NCBI GenBank assembly: GCA_021161425.1
Contig: JAGHAQ010000093.1
Coordinates: 1 to 62,858, forward strand
Direction of reading: 5' to 3'
Length of the DNA stretch: 62,858 nucleotides
Source of the DNA: Candidatus Tharpella sp.
Lineage (GTDB): Bacteria; Desulfobacterota; Anaeroferrophillalia; Anaeroferrophillales; Tharpellaceae
How positions within the stretch are numbered: the stretch's first letter is position 1; every line of letters begins with the position of its first letter. The position numbers and the translations under genes were made by a program. Shown in pieces: positions 46,735 to 55,201 of the stretch. The notes under the pieces are model-generated. The model had not been told where the DNA came from. It saw only the letters and a list, made by a program, of their open reading frames with translations, and ran no database searches.

Positions 46735-47790
46735 ATGAAAAATATTTTGGTTACTGGTGGACTTGGTTTTATCGGCAGTAATTTTATCCACCTGCTGCTT
46801 GCAAATTTCTCCGACTATCGCATTATCAATCTTGATGCCGTCACCTACGCCGGCAACCCGGAGAACCTCAAAGAGCTGGAAACTGACTCTCGTTACAATT
46901 TCGTCCATGGCGATATCGGCGACCGGAATCTGATTGATGACCTGCTGGAGAGAGAAAAACCCGACTTTATCGTCAATTTTGCCGCCGAATCCCATGTTGA
47001 CCGCAGCATTACTGGACCAGCCGCTTTTATCGAGACCAATATCGTCGGCACCTTTACGCAACTGGAAGCTTTTCGAAGTTACCGTGGTGACGGCAATAAG
47101 TGCCGTTTCCTGCAAGTCTCTACCGACGAAGTCTACGGTTCACTGGGAGCCGAAGGTTACTTTACTGAAGAAACCCCCTACAGTCCCAACAGCCCATATG
47201 CGGCCAGCAAGGCTTCAGCCGACCACTTGGTTCGAGCCTATCATCATACCTACAAGCTCGACACATTAATCACCAACTGTTCAAACAATTACGGCCCCTA
47301 CCAGTTCCCCGAAAAACTGATCCCTCTGATGATCAGTAACGCCCTTGAGGGCCGCGAGCTACCAGTTTATGGTGACGGCAAGAATGTACGCGACTGGCTC
47401 TATGTCGATGATCATTGCCGGGCTTTGGAATTGGTAATGCGCACCGCAAACTCCGGTGAAACCTACAACATCGGAGGGCACAACGAAATGGAGAACATCG
47501 AGTTAGTTAGACTTTTATGTAATTCCCTTGATCGCCGTCTCGGCCCCCTGCCGGATGGTCGCAAACGTCAAGAACTAATCACGTTTGTCGGCGATCGCCA
47601 GGGACACGACCAACGCTACGCCATCGATGCGGAAAAAATTAAAAAGGATTTGAGCTGGGAACCGCAGACCGGCTTAGCTAAAGGCATGGAGATGACCATC
47701 GACTGGTATCTTGGCAATAAAGAGTGGCTCAATCAGGTTCGCGACGGCAGTTATCGAAAATACTATCAAGAAATGTACGATAAAAGGTAA
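46735..47790 (+). CDS. rfbB: dTDP-glucose 4,6-dehydratase
   Basis: Contains MKNILVTGGLGFIGSNF, AAESHVDRS and the YAASKASADHL catalytic YxxxK. The ORF-track N-terminal extension from 46564 overlaps rfbA. Confidence 0.94.
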   Translation: MKNILVTGGLGFIGSNFIHLLLANFSDYRIINLDAVTYAGNPENLKELETDSRYNFVHGDIGDRNLIDDLLEREKPDFIVNFAAESHVDRSITGPAAFIETNIVGTFTQLEAFRSYRGDGNKCRFLQVSTDEVYGSLGAEGYFTEETPYSPNSPYAASKASADHLVRAYHHTYKLDTLITNCSNNYGPYQFPEKLIPLMISNALEGRELPVYGDGKNVRDWLYVDDHCRALELVMRTANSGETYNIGGHNEMENIELVRLLCNSLDRRLGPLPDGRKRQELITFVGDRQGHDQRYAIDAEKIKKDLSWEPQTGLAKGMEMTIDWYLGNKEWLNQVRDGSYRKYYQEMYDKR

Positions 47791-48936
47791 CTACTCCGGG
47801 CGGCAGTAGATATCCTCAGGTTGCCGCGGCAGGCAGTGGACATGGCGGGCGGCAACGACAAGCTCTACCTCGGTATTGACGAGGAGACCCTGATCTTCAA
47901 TTCTGCGACTGGAAGCAAACACCATCAGACGCTGCTCTGCCCGGTTCATTAACTCAATTAGCACCGCAGCCCCACTCTGGGGAATAACCTGACAAATCCG
48001 ATAACCGGAAATAAGATTCTCACCGGATGTTTTAGCAAACGTTTCACCGGACATTTCATCTGAATTTTCAGACACAGTACCAATCAGACTGACATGCTCC
48101 GGCCGCATGCAGACCCAGACATCCTCTCCCCAGTCCGGAAAAGAGGTTGACAAAAGCTGAGTCCCGGCAACTTCGACCAGAGCCCCGCCCTCTCCGCAAC
48201 GCTCCCTGATCCGTCCCGGCAGAATGTTTCTGGTCGCAGTAAAATGGGCGACAAAACGGGTAACCGGACGGGAGAATATCTCCTCCGGCTTCCCCATCTG
48301 AACGACTCGACCCTGATCGAGAACCAACACCTGATCGCCCATATAGCGGGCTTCATTATGGTCGTGGGTAACATAGAGCATCGTTACTTGATATTTTTTC
48401 TGAATTTTTTTCATCAAGAGAGCCAACCTTTCCCGACTGGCAGCATCGAGAGCGGAGAGCGGCTCATCCAGTAACAGCACCTCGGGACGCAAGACCATAC
48501 AGCGAGCCAGGGCAACCCGTTGTTGCTGACCACCGGAAAGTTCAGCCGGAAAACGCTGAAGCAGATGATCGATTTTGAGTTCGGCAGCCACGGCTTTGAG
48601 CCATTTAGCCTGTTCTAAGACCGGAGCCTGCCGGGCCTGCAAACCAAAGGTAATATTCGCTTCGGCCGTCATATGCGGAAAGAGGGCATAATTTTGAAAA
48701 ACAAAACCGATTTTTCTCTCCTGCGGTGAGAGGGCGCCAAGATCCCGCCCGTCATAAGATATCTTGCCACTCTGGTTGCTGCGCAAACCGGCAACCACCT
48801 CCAGCAACTTGCTTTTGCCGGCCCCGGAATTCCCCAAAACCACCAACGATTGGCCAATCGGCAGTCGAAAACTGATTTGCTCCAGGATAGGATGCCGATC
48901 GATATTAAGAGAAACCTTATCGAGTATTAGGGTCAA
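47791..48936 (-). CDS. modC: Molybdate-type ABC transporter ATP-binding protein with C-terminal TOBE-like domain
   Basis: Walker A GNSGAGKS, LSGGQQQR, Walker B LLLDEPLSALD and H-loop YVTHD. About 140 aa of extra C-terminus. TTG start in a TTGA overlap with modB. Confidence 0.85.
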   Translation of the reverse strand: MTLILDKVSLNIDRHPILEQISFRLPIGQSLVVLGNSGAGKSKLLEVVAGLRSNQSGKISYDGRDLGALSPQERKIGFVFQNYALFPHMTAEANITFGLQARQAPVLEQAKWLKAVAAELKIDHLLQRFPAELSGGQQQRVALARCMVLRPEVLLLDEPLSALDAASRERLALLMKKIQKKYQVTMLYVTHDHNEARYMGDQVLVLDQGRVVQMGKPEEIFSRPVTRFVAHFTATRNILPGRIRERCGEGGALVEVAGTQLLSTSFPDWGEDVWVCMRPEHVSLIGTVSENSDEMSGETFAKTSGENLISGYRICQVIPQSGAAVLIELMNRAEQRLMVFASSRRIEDQGLLVNTEVELVVAARHVHCLPRQPEDIYCRPE

Positions 48937-49709
48937 CGGCGGCTCTCCCCAAGCAGATTAACCAGTAAAAGCACCAGAAAAGAGAGCAGAACAAGTAGCA
49001 GTGAAAGGCCGTCGGCGACCCCGGCATCCCCTCCCATCGCTTTGGAATAGATCATAATCGGTATGGTTTTCAGGCGCCCAGCCACCATCATGGTGGCCCC
49101 GAACTCTCCAATAGCCCGAGCAAAAGCGGTAATCACACCAGCCACCAGCACCGGCCGCGAAAGCGGCAGCAGAACCTTCACAAATGTCGTATACTCATCC
49201 GCTCCCAAAGAGTGACTGGCCTTGACCAACGACTCTGGAACCTGCTGAAAGGCTGAGCTTGCGGCCTGCATCATTAATGGCGTGATGACGAAAAACTGGG
49301 CCAGAACCAGGGCCGTCATAGTAAACATTATCTGTAGGGAAAAGGCTTGATAAAGGGGCGCACCGATAAGACCATAGCGGCCAAAAGCAAGCAACAACAT
49401 ATAACCGGCTGCCGACGGCGGCAACACTAAAGGCAGGGAAAAAAAGGTTTTGAGCCAGCGACTGCCGACCTGTTTGCGAAAAGTAAAGTGGTAGCCAAGA
49501 ACAATTCCGACAACGGCGGCCAACCCGGTGGCCAGCAAGGCCGTGATCAGGCTGGTAGCCACCACCACCAGAACCTGACGGTCGAGGAGTTGAGCTAAAC
49601 CGTCAGTTGCGACAAAGGAACGCAGCAGAGCGGCAAAAGGCGAACCGAAAAAGAGCCCTGCCACCAGCACAACCAGTGTCATCAAGACCGAAAATCCGGA
49701 GGTTTTCAT
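48933..49709 (-). CDS. modB: Molybdate-type ABC transporter permease
   Basis: 258 aa, five or six TM segments, EAA-loop region (SLVKASHSLGADEYTTFVKVLLPLSRP...AIGEFGAT). Confidence 0.88.
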   Translation of the reverse strand: MKTSGFSVLMTLVVLVAGLFFGSPFAALLRSFVATDGLAQLLDRQVLVVVATSLITALLATGLAAVVGIVLGYHFTFRKQVGSRWLKTFFSLPLVLPPSAAGYMLLLAFGRYGLIGAPLYQAFSLQIMFTMTALVLAQFFVITPLMMQAASSAFQQVPESLVKASHSLGADEYTTFVKVLLPLSRPVLVAGVITAFARAIGEFGATMMVAGRLKTIPIMIYSKAMGGDAGVADGLSLLLVLLSFLVLLLVNLLGESRR

Positions 49710-50575
49710 TGCATAAAGACCGCAACGACAAGATCATTCCCCATAAAGGTTCGGACGTTATCGGCCAACTCCTGCCGTTCCAACTCGACAACATAGAAGG
49801 GCGCGGCCGAAAGAAAGATGTCGGCTCCACAAACACCAACCGCCCCTTGAACAATCTTCTGATAGAGTTTTCCGGAACCGGCGAACTCGCATTCTAATTC
49901 AATCCCGCTCTCTTCTTGATACGCTTTCATCAGTTCGGGCAGAACATCATAGAAGACCGCCGCCGCAAAAATCATGAGCGGTTCTTTGGACTATGCAACA
50001 TGAACATCACTTGCAAACTCTGCAGACGTATCGGCCTGGGCTGTTGAAGGTAGAGGGCAGAAACCATACTTTAGCCAAAGAGATACTCGCTTAGACGCTG
50101 TAAGCCAGTTGCTGAAATCGAGAGCGGCTTGCGGAGCTGCCGTAGCCGTCATACGTGCTGGAGCGTATCTGGAAGAGACTGCAAAAGACGTGGGAATCTC
50201 AATAACAGCTATTTTATCCTTAACCTTCAGGGTATCGCTGCGATAGACAAAACCGGCATCAATTTCATGGCGTATAACCTTGTCGAGCAGGGCCCGAACA
50301 TGGCTCTCATAAGTGACGATATTATTTTCTATGGCCGCCGCTTTCACCGACTCAGTTGAGCCCATCTTTTCCAGAACCTGCTGAGCATAACGACCGGCCG
50401 GGCCCAATTCAGGATCGACAATCCCGACCCGAACTCCAACCCCGGCCAGATCGACGAAGTTTCTTAATTTCAGATCAGCCGCATCGCCTTTCGGCCGACA
50501 AGCGGCACCACTCCAGACAAGTAAAAAAAGAGCTGCCAATAAGGCTACTTTCTTCAAACCAAAACTCTTGTCCAA
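49706..50575 (-). pseudogene. modA: ModA-like molybdate-binding protein with swapped segment order and one in-frame TAG (49991-49993)
   Basis: A single 290-codon frame: TTG start, lipoprotein signal (LLVWSGAAC), the canonical C-terminal two-thirds of ModA, a linker, TAG, then the canonical N-terminal third (IFAAAVFYD...FAGSGKLYQKIV...ADIFLSAA...NDLVVAV). It ends in an ATGA overlap with modB. Confidence 0.7.
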
Positions 50576-50920
50576 TCAGGCTCCGCTCACAGCCGGAACG
50601 GGATCAGAGGCCACCGCCTTTTTGGCTTTTGCAGTTTTCCGGCCGGCACTAGCCCGTTTACCGGCGGGAACCCCAGCCGGGTCATTTTTCGCTTTTCCAC
50701 CTCGCAGCAGACCTACGGCCGCTTCACGATTTTTGGCCAGATAAAAAGATAATTCCTCAAGCTGTCCAGCATTCATCTCAAGCTTTGAGGACTGCAGAAA
50801 GGTGTACATCTGGTCGGAAATATCGAGAAGTTTATCATAGGCATCGGCCTCTTTTTTGGAGGTAAAAGTCATCTTCTGCTCTCCATTTCTGACCACGATG
50901 TATTGAACGATAACGGCCAT
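50576..50920 (-). CDS. yebG: YebG-family protein (homologue of the E. coli DNA-damage-inducible YebG)
   Basis: MAVIVQYIVVRNGEQKMTFTSKKEADAYDKLLDISD closely parallels E. coli YebG (MAVEVKYVVIREGEEKMSFTSKKEADAYDKMLD). The ATG at 50920 has an AGGAGAG RBS. Lys/Ala-rich tail. Confidence 0.85.
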   Translation of the reverse strand: MAVIVQYIVVRNGEQKMTFTSKKEADAYDKLLDISDQMYTFLQSSKLEMNAGQLEELSFYLAKNREAAVGLLRGGKAKNDPAGVPAGKRASAGRKTAKAKKAVASDPVPAVSGA

Positions 50921-51131
50921 TCTATCTCTCCTGAAAATCTGACATCTAACATGATCGAAGTTTAATTTCCCCCACAACTATTGCAAACAGGCCGGCAAAA
51001 CTAGCAAATTTCCCCGAATAAGTAAAGGTGGTTTTGTACTTACACCTTTTAGAGCGAGAAAAGACGTAACAGCGGTTTTTGTTGTCGATCAGAAGGAGGC
51101 CTGAAGATCGAAAAAGGTATTACCTGGCCGG

Positions 51132-51158
51132 CAAAAAAAAAGCGGGTAAATTACCCAC
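51132..51158 (-). terminator. Rho-independent terminator after the small zinc-ribbon ORF
   Basis: Minus strand: GTGGGTAA-t-TTACCCGC followed by TTTTTTTTT. Confidence 0.65.
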
Positions 51159-51187
51159 TTTTTTTACCAAGAGAATTGTTTATGAAC

Positions 51188-51361
51188 CTATTTCCTGGTT
51201 ACCGGATTAATTGTTCCGGCACAATGTGCCCCTTTATCAAGTTCATCATCATAGATCTGAATATTGGTCTTGCCACATTTGGGACAAACTTTCAGGTCTT
51301 TCTGATCCGGAGTTAAGTGTTTTTCATAGTCACAATCCATGCACAAAAGTCTTAATGCCAT
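51188..51361 (-). CDS. Small zinc-ribbon protein (57 aa), absent from the supplied ORF track
   Basis: Hand translation: MALRLLCMDCDYEKHLTPDQKDLKVCPKCGKTNIQIYDDELDKGAHCAGTINPVTRK. It has two CxxC pairs, an AAGGAGG RBS 6 nt upstream of the ATG, and its own terminator. Confidence 0.65.
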   Translation of the reverse strand: MALRLLCMDCDYEKHLTPDQKDLKVCPKCGKTNIQIYDDELDKGAHCAGTINPVTRK

Positions 51362-51460
51362 GATCGAACCTCCTTAACTTGCCTTGAGTTGTCCGTCTTA
51401 AAAACTTTGTGAAAGCGAGAATACCATCTCAACAAAAACTCTCATAAAGCCTACCCAAAA

Positions 51461-53293
51461 CTATTTTTTCAAAAATTGCCGCAGTAGATCCTCGGGTCTG
51501 ACGGTTCCCTCACTACCGGATTCACCATCTTTGCCGAAAAGCTTCTCACCCAGTTTTTCGAGTAATTTTTTCTGCAATAGCTCCTGCACCTTTTTTTCAT
51601 CGAGCCGCAATCGAGGTTTTGACAAAGTTCCGGCCAGACTTAGACCGACGGCGACTTCTTGTTTGTCATTAAAAGTCTCTTTGACCCAGGGATAGCGCTG
51701 AGCCATTTTTGCACTCAGTTGTTGACTCAAGACCAAATGAAGCGGCATATCAAGACTACCATCAAGACCTACTTCCCCAACCGCCCGGCCGCTGAGCTGA
51801 TCTCCATTCCAGGAATTATTAAGATTGACCTGGCCATCTTTAAGCTGCAGATTACCAACCAGATCGGTAACCTTGAGATTCTCCAACTCCGGCAGCCCTA
51901 AGAGTTGAGAAAGACTCTTGGTTAAAGGAAGATTATCTAGCCCAGCCTGACGCAGGCCGTACTCACCTTCAAGCGATAAACTCTTTTTAAGAGCTGCAGC
52001 TTCAACTCCCCGACCACTGAACTTGAATTGACCATGCCCGGCGCCACTCAGATTATCCTTTAAAGCAGGTTTTGCCATCGCCATTAAAGCAGACATCTGA
52101 AGATCGGCAAAAGAGAAGTTCCCTTGAAAATCGGGTTGCGAAAGAAATGGTTTGATAGTGGCCGCAGCCGCAATTGAACCATCGGCCACATCTCCTTTTA
52201 GATCACTGATTGTCAAAAGAGCATCCTGGTACTGATAGCTCAAGGTAAAATTATCAACTTTGTAATTCTCATAAACGGCTTGTTTAATATTAACCGCTCC
52301 GCGGGCCGTTAGTGAAGGCGGAGACGGCAAACCAGGAGCAGATGTTGAAGTTTGATCTGGCTTAACGGATGCCCCTGAATTAGCCGGCGTTTGTTCCCCG
52401 CCGGCACTGCCGGAAGCTGAAAGTTTCTGACCAAGTGCCGCGAGATAGGCAAGATCCAGTCGAGGCGAGTCGAGATTGAGGATTATTGCCGGTTTGGCCG
52501 CCAGATAATCGCTCACCGAACCACTTACAGTACACTCTTCATTTGCCTGTTTGACAAGCACCCGGTAGACCATTTTCTGCCGGTCAAACTCGATCTTGCC
52601 CTGAACTTGAGGGGTCAGGGATTGATATTCGGCGGTCAGGGAAAAATTGAGGCTGCCTTCACCGTTGATCGACTCAGGCTTGAGATCCCCAAGATCCAAG
52701 CGACTTTTCAGATCCGCTTTAATATCTACCTTGGGAAGCTCTCCCATCTCATCATAAAACGAAAGTGAAGCATCTGTAATTTCACAACTTTGGACCACCA
52801 GGGCCAGGGGTAAGGCGGAAGGAGAAAGCTTGTCGGCAGAGGTCTCATTCGGCTGTGCAGACTGTTTATTCGATTCGCCGGCGGCAGGTTTTTCTGCGGC
52901 CTGTAAAATCTTCAAATCGCTAAAGTTATAGAGACCATCCTGATTACGCCAGACCTTAACGACCGGCCGATCGATCCTGACTCGAGTGATCTCCAGTCGT
53001 TTCTCAAGCAGAGGCCAGAGACTGTACCCCAAACCGAACTCTTTAACAGCAACAAAGTCAGCTTTGCCGTCGGCCTCTTTAACAACCAACCCGGCAACCT
53101 TGATACCGCTAAATAGATCAATCTTTAAAGAGGCAACCTCGACTTCACGCCCTAAGGCCTCACGCATCGGCGGCAGAAGCAGAGTACGTAGACGCTCTTC
53201 GCTGAGATAGACCTTGAGAACGATCCCGACAATGATCAGCAGCCCGACGAAAAACAACCCGGTAAAAAGTAAAATTCGAAAAAGCTTTTTCAT
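51461..53293 (-). CDS. AsmA-family outer-membrane biogenesis protein
   Basis: N-terminal TM anchor (MKKLFRILLFTGLFFVGLLIIVGIVL), a long beta-rich periplasmic region and a C-terminal AsmA-like end. ATG at 53293. Confidence 0.8.
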   Translation of the reverse strand: MKKLFRILLFTGLFFVGLLIIVGIVLKVYLSEERLRTLLLPPMREALGREVEVASLKIDLFSGIKVAGLVVKEADGKADFVAVKEFGLGYSLWPLLEKRLEITRVRIDRPVVKVWRNQDGLYNFSDLKILQAAEKPAAGESNKQSAQPNETSADKLSPSALPLALVVQSCEITDASLSFYDEMGELPKVDIKADLKSRLDLGDLKPESINGEGSLNFSLTAEYQSLTPQVQGKIEFDRQKMVYRVLVKQANEECTVSGSVSDYLAAKPAIILNLDSPRLDLAYLAALGQKLSASGSAGGEQTPANSGASVKPDQTSTSAPGLPSPPSLTARGAVNIKQAVYENYKVDNFTLSYQYQDALLTISDLKGDVADGSIAAAATIKPFLSQPDFQGNFSFADLQMSALMAMAKPALKDNLSGAGHGQFKFSGRGVEAAALKKSLSLEGEYGLRQAGLDNLPLTKSLSQLLGLPELENLKVTDLVGNLQLKDGQVNLNNSWNGDQLSGRAVGEVGLDGSLDMPLHLVLSQQLSAKMAQRYPWVKETFNDKQEVAVGLSLAGTLSKPRLRLDEKKVQELLQKKLLEKLGEKLFGKDGESGSEGTVRPEDLLRQFLKK

Positions 53294-53416
53294 AGCAAAC
53301 GCCTCATTGATAAACTTGCAACCACGGTTATTAAATGAATATAACATATTTTATCGTGATTGCAAGAAAAAAGAGAGCCCAACCTTTCCATCTCGCCAAC
53401 AAAAGGACTCAGCCTC

Positions 53417-53608
53417 TCACTTCGCAAGGTCGGAAAGCAACACCCCACCCTTACTAATATTATCCCTCTCCTCTTCATCAATAAAGATTATAATCGACTC
53501 TTTCGGCTTGTTGGCCGCTCTGGAAATCACCTCGGTCACCCCATCGCAGATTTCGGCTTTCTGATCACGATTAAGCTGCCCGGCTACCCGGATATTGACA
53601 TACGGCAT
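53417..53608 (-). CDS. 4-oxalocrotonate tautomerase family enzyme
   Basis: 63 aa starting MPYVNIRV (catalytic Pro after Met), with beta-alpha-beta length typical of the family. AGGAGAA RBS. Confidence 0.85.
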   Translation of the reverse strand: MPYVNIRVAGQLNRDQKAEICDGVTEVISRAANKPKESIIIFIDEEERDNISKGGVLLSDLAK

Positions 53609-53667
53609 AACTGTTCTCCTTTCCTGATGCTGAATTTACGGGCTTAGTGTTTTTCTCTGACCGTTTT

Positions 53668-54960
53668 TTAATCGTAGCGCCGATCAAAAACTCTTCTGGT
53701 TTTACGTTCACTGCGGGGCAGGTCTCCGTAAGCCAGCAATTCGACTTTGGGGGTAACCATGAGGCGATGCTTGGTGCTGCTTATCAGCTCCCGACCCAAA
53801 GATTCATCCTGATCAGCGCTTGCCCCAACCTGGCGCTCGACCTTAAGAGTCATATAATCACGACCGTCCCCCTGATGATCAAGATGAATCTGGTACTCAC
53901 TGCCGAGCCCTTCAATCCCGGAAAGTACCGCATCAATCTCACTGGGATAGACATTGACTCCCCGGATAATAAAGACATCATCACTGCGCCCTAAGATCTC
54001 ACTATGCCGCGGCATAATCGAGCCGCAGGGACAGGGCTCTGGAACCGCCCGGGCCAGGTCGCGAGAGCGGTAACGGACCAGAGGGGTCGCCTCCTTATAA
54101 AGAGTCGTATAAACCATCTCTCCGACTTCACCTTCGACCACCGGCTCCAAGGTTTCGGGATCAAGAAATTCGAGAAAATAGTAATCAGCCCAGTAGTGGA
54201 TATTGCTACTGTAACTGCAGTTCAAACCGGTACCGGGACCGTAGACTTCAGTCAACCCCGGGATATCATAAAACTCCTCCAACCCTAAAAGTTCGACAAT
54301 CCGCTGACGCATGGCCTTACTGGTTCGTTCGGAACCGCAGATAACCTTGCGCAAACTTATCTGGTCACGCAAGCCCCGGCGCTGCACCTCTTCCGCCAAA
54401 AGCAGGGCCATTGATGAAGTGCAGCAAAGTACCGTGGTCGAAAAATCAACCAGAAAAGTGCATTGCATGTCGAGATTTCCCGGCCCAGTCGGCAGAGCCA
54501 TCGCCCCGTAACGCTCACAGGCGAGCTGAAAACCGGCCCCAGCCGTCCAGACTCCGTAACCGACACAGATCTGCACCCGGTCCTCTTCGGTCAGGCCGGC
54601 CATCTCATAACAACGGCAAAACATCTCCATCCAGTCATCGATATCTTTTTGCGTATAGGCAACAACTTTGCGCTTGCCAGTGGTCCCGGAAGAGGCATGA
54701 ATCCGCACAATCTCACGATTGGCGACCGCCTGAAACGGCAACGGATAACCGTCCCGAAAATCATCGGCAGTGGTTAAGGGAAAACGACGAAGATCGTCCA
54801 ATGATGAAAAATCTTCCGGACAAACGCCGGCCGCATCAAAATGGCGGCGATAAAAATCGCTATGATGATAGACATGATTCAAGGTCCAGGAGAGACGTTC
54901 AATTTGAAGGTCGGCCAGTTCCTTATAACTCTTAACCCGAGGGGCATATCTCTTTAACAT
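53668..54960 (-). CDS. paaK: Phenylacetate--CoA ligase family protein (PaaK-like adenylate-forming enzyme)
   Basis: 430 aa. Contains IHASSGTTGKRKV (P-loop), GYGVWTAGAGF, YGPGTG and YRSRD..IIRGVNVYPSEI motifs. Confidence 0.88.
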   Translation of the reverse strand: MLKRYAPRVKSYKELADLQIERLSWTLNHVYHHSDFYRRHFDAAGVCPEDFSSLDDLRRFPLTTADDFRDGYPLPFQAVANREIVRIHASSGTTGKRKVVAYTQKDIDDWMEMFCRCYEMAGLTEEDRVQICVGYGVWTAGAGFQLACERYGAMALPTGPGNLDMQCTFLVDFSTTVLCCTSSMALLLAEEVQRRGLRDQISLRKVICGSERTSKAMRQRIVELLGLEEFYDIPGLTEVYGPGTGLNCSYSSNIHYWADYYFLEFLDPETLEPVVEGEVGEMVYTTLYKEATPLVRYRSRDLARAVPEPCPCGSIMPRHSEILGRSDDVFIIRGVNVYPSEIDAVLSGIEGLGSEYQIHLDHQGDGRDYMTLKVERQVGASADQDESLGRELISSTKHRLMVTPKVELLAYGDLPRSERKTRRVFDRRYD

Positions 54961-55201
54961 TTTACCTCTTTATTATTTTCAAAAAGTCCCTTTTACGTAC
55001 TCCAACAAGCGGGCCAAGCTCTAAAACATCTTCCCTTTTTTGTCAACCGCCGATTAACTGCCCCATGCCCGGGATAGACACCTAAGTATATATATCGATC
55101 AGAAAACAGTTGCATCATATATCAAAAGAAAGTATTGGAAGCAGTTCACAGAAACCTCAATGAGATAATATTATCACTTGAAAGATGAAAAGGAAGAGAC
55201 C

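Noticed and set aside
50921-51131. Molybdenum-cofactor riboswitch or LexA operator in the yebG/mod leader
   Set aside because: I could not match the conserved Moco-motif strings. The only palindrome-like element (GGTGGTTTTGTACTTACACC, 51027-51046) has 4-bp arms and does not fit the LexA-box patterns I know (CTGT-N8-ACAG, GAAC-N4-GTTC, GGTT-N2-C-N4-G-N3-ACC). A covariance or PSSM search is needed for a definitive answer.
54411-54935. 174-aa ORF on the plus strand (and 54463-54777)
   Set aside because: Antisense to the PaaK-like ligase. Arg/Pro/Ser-rich.
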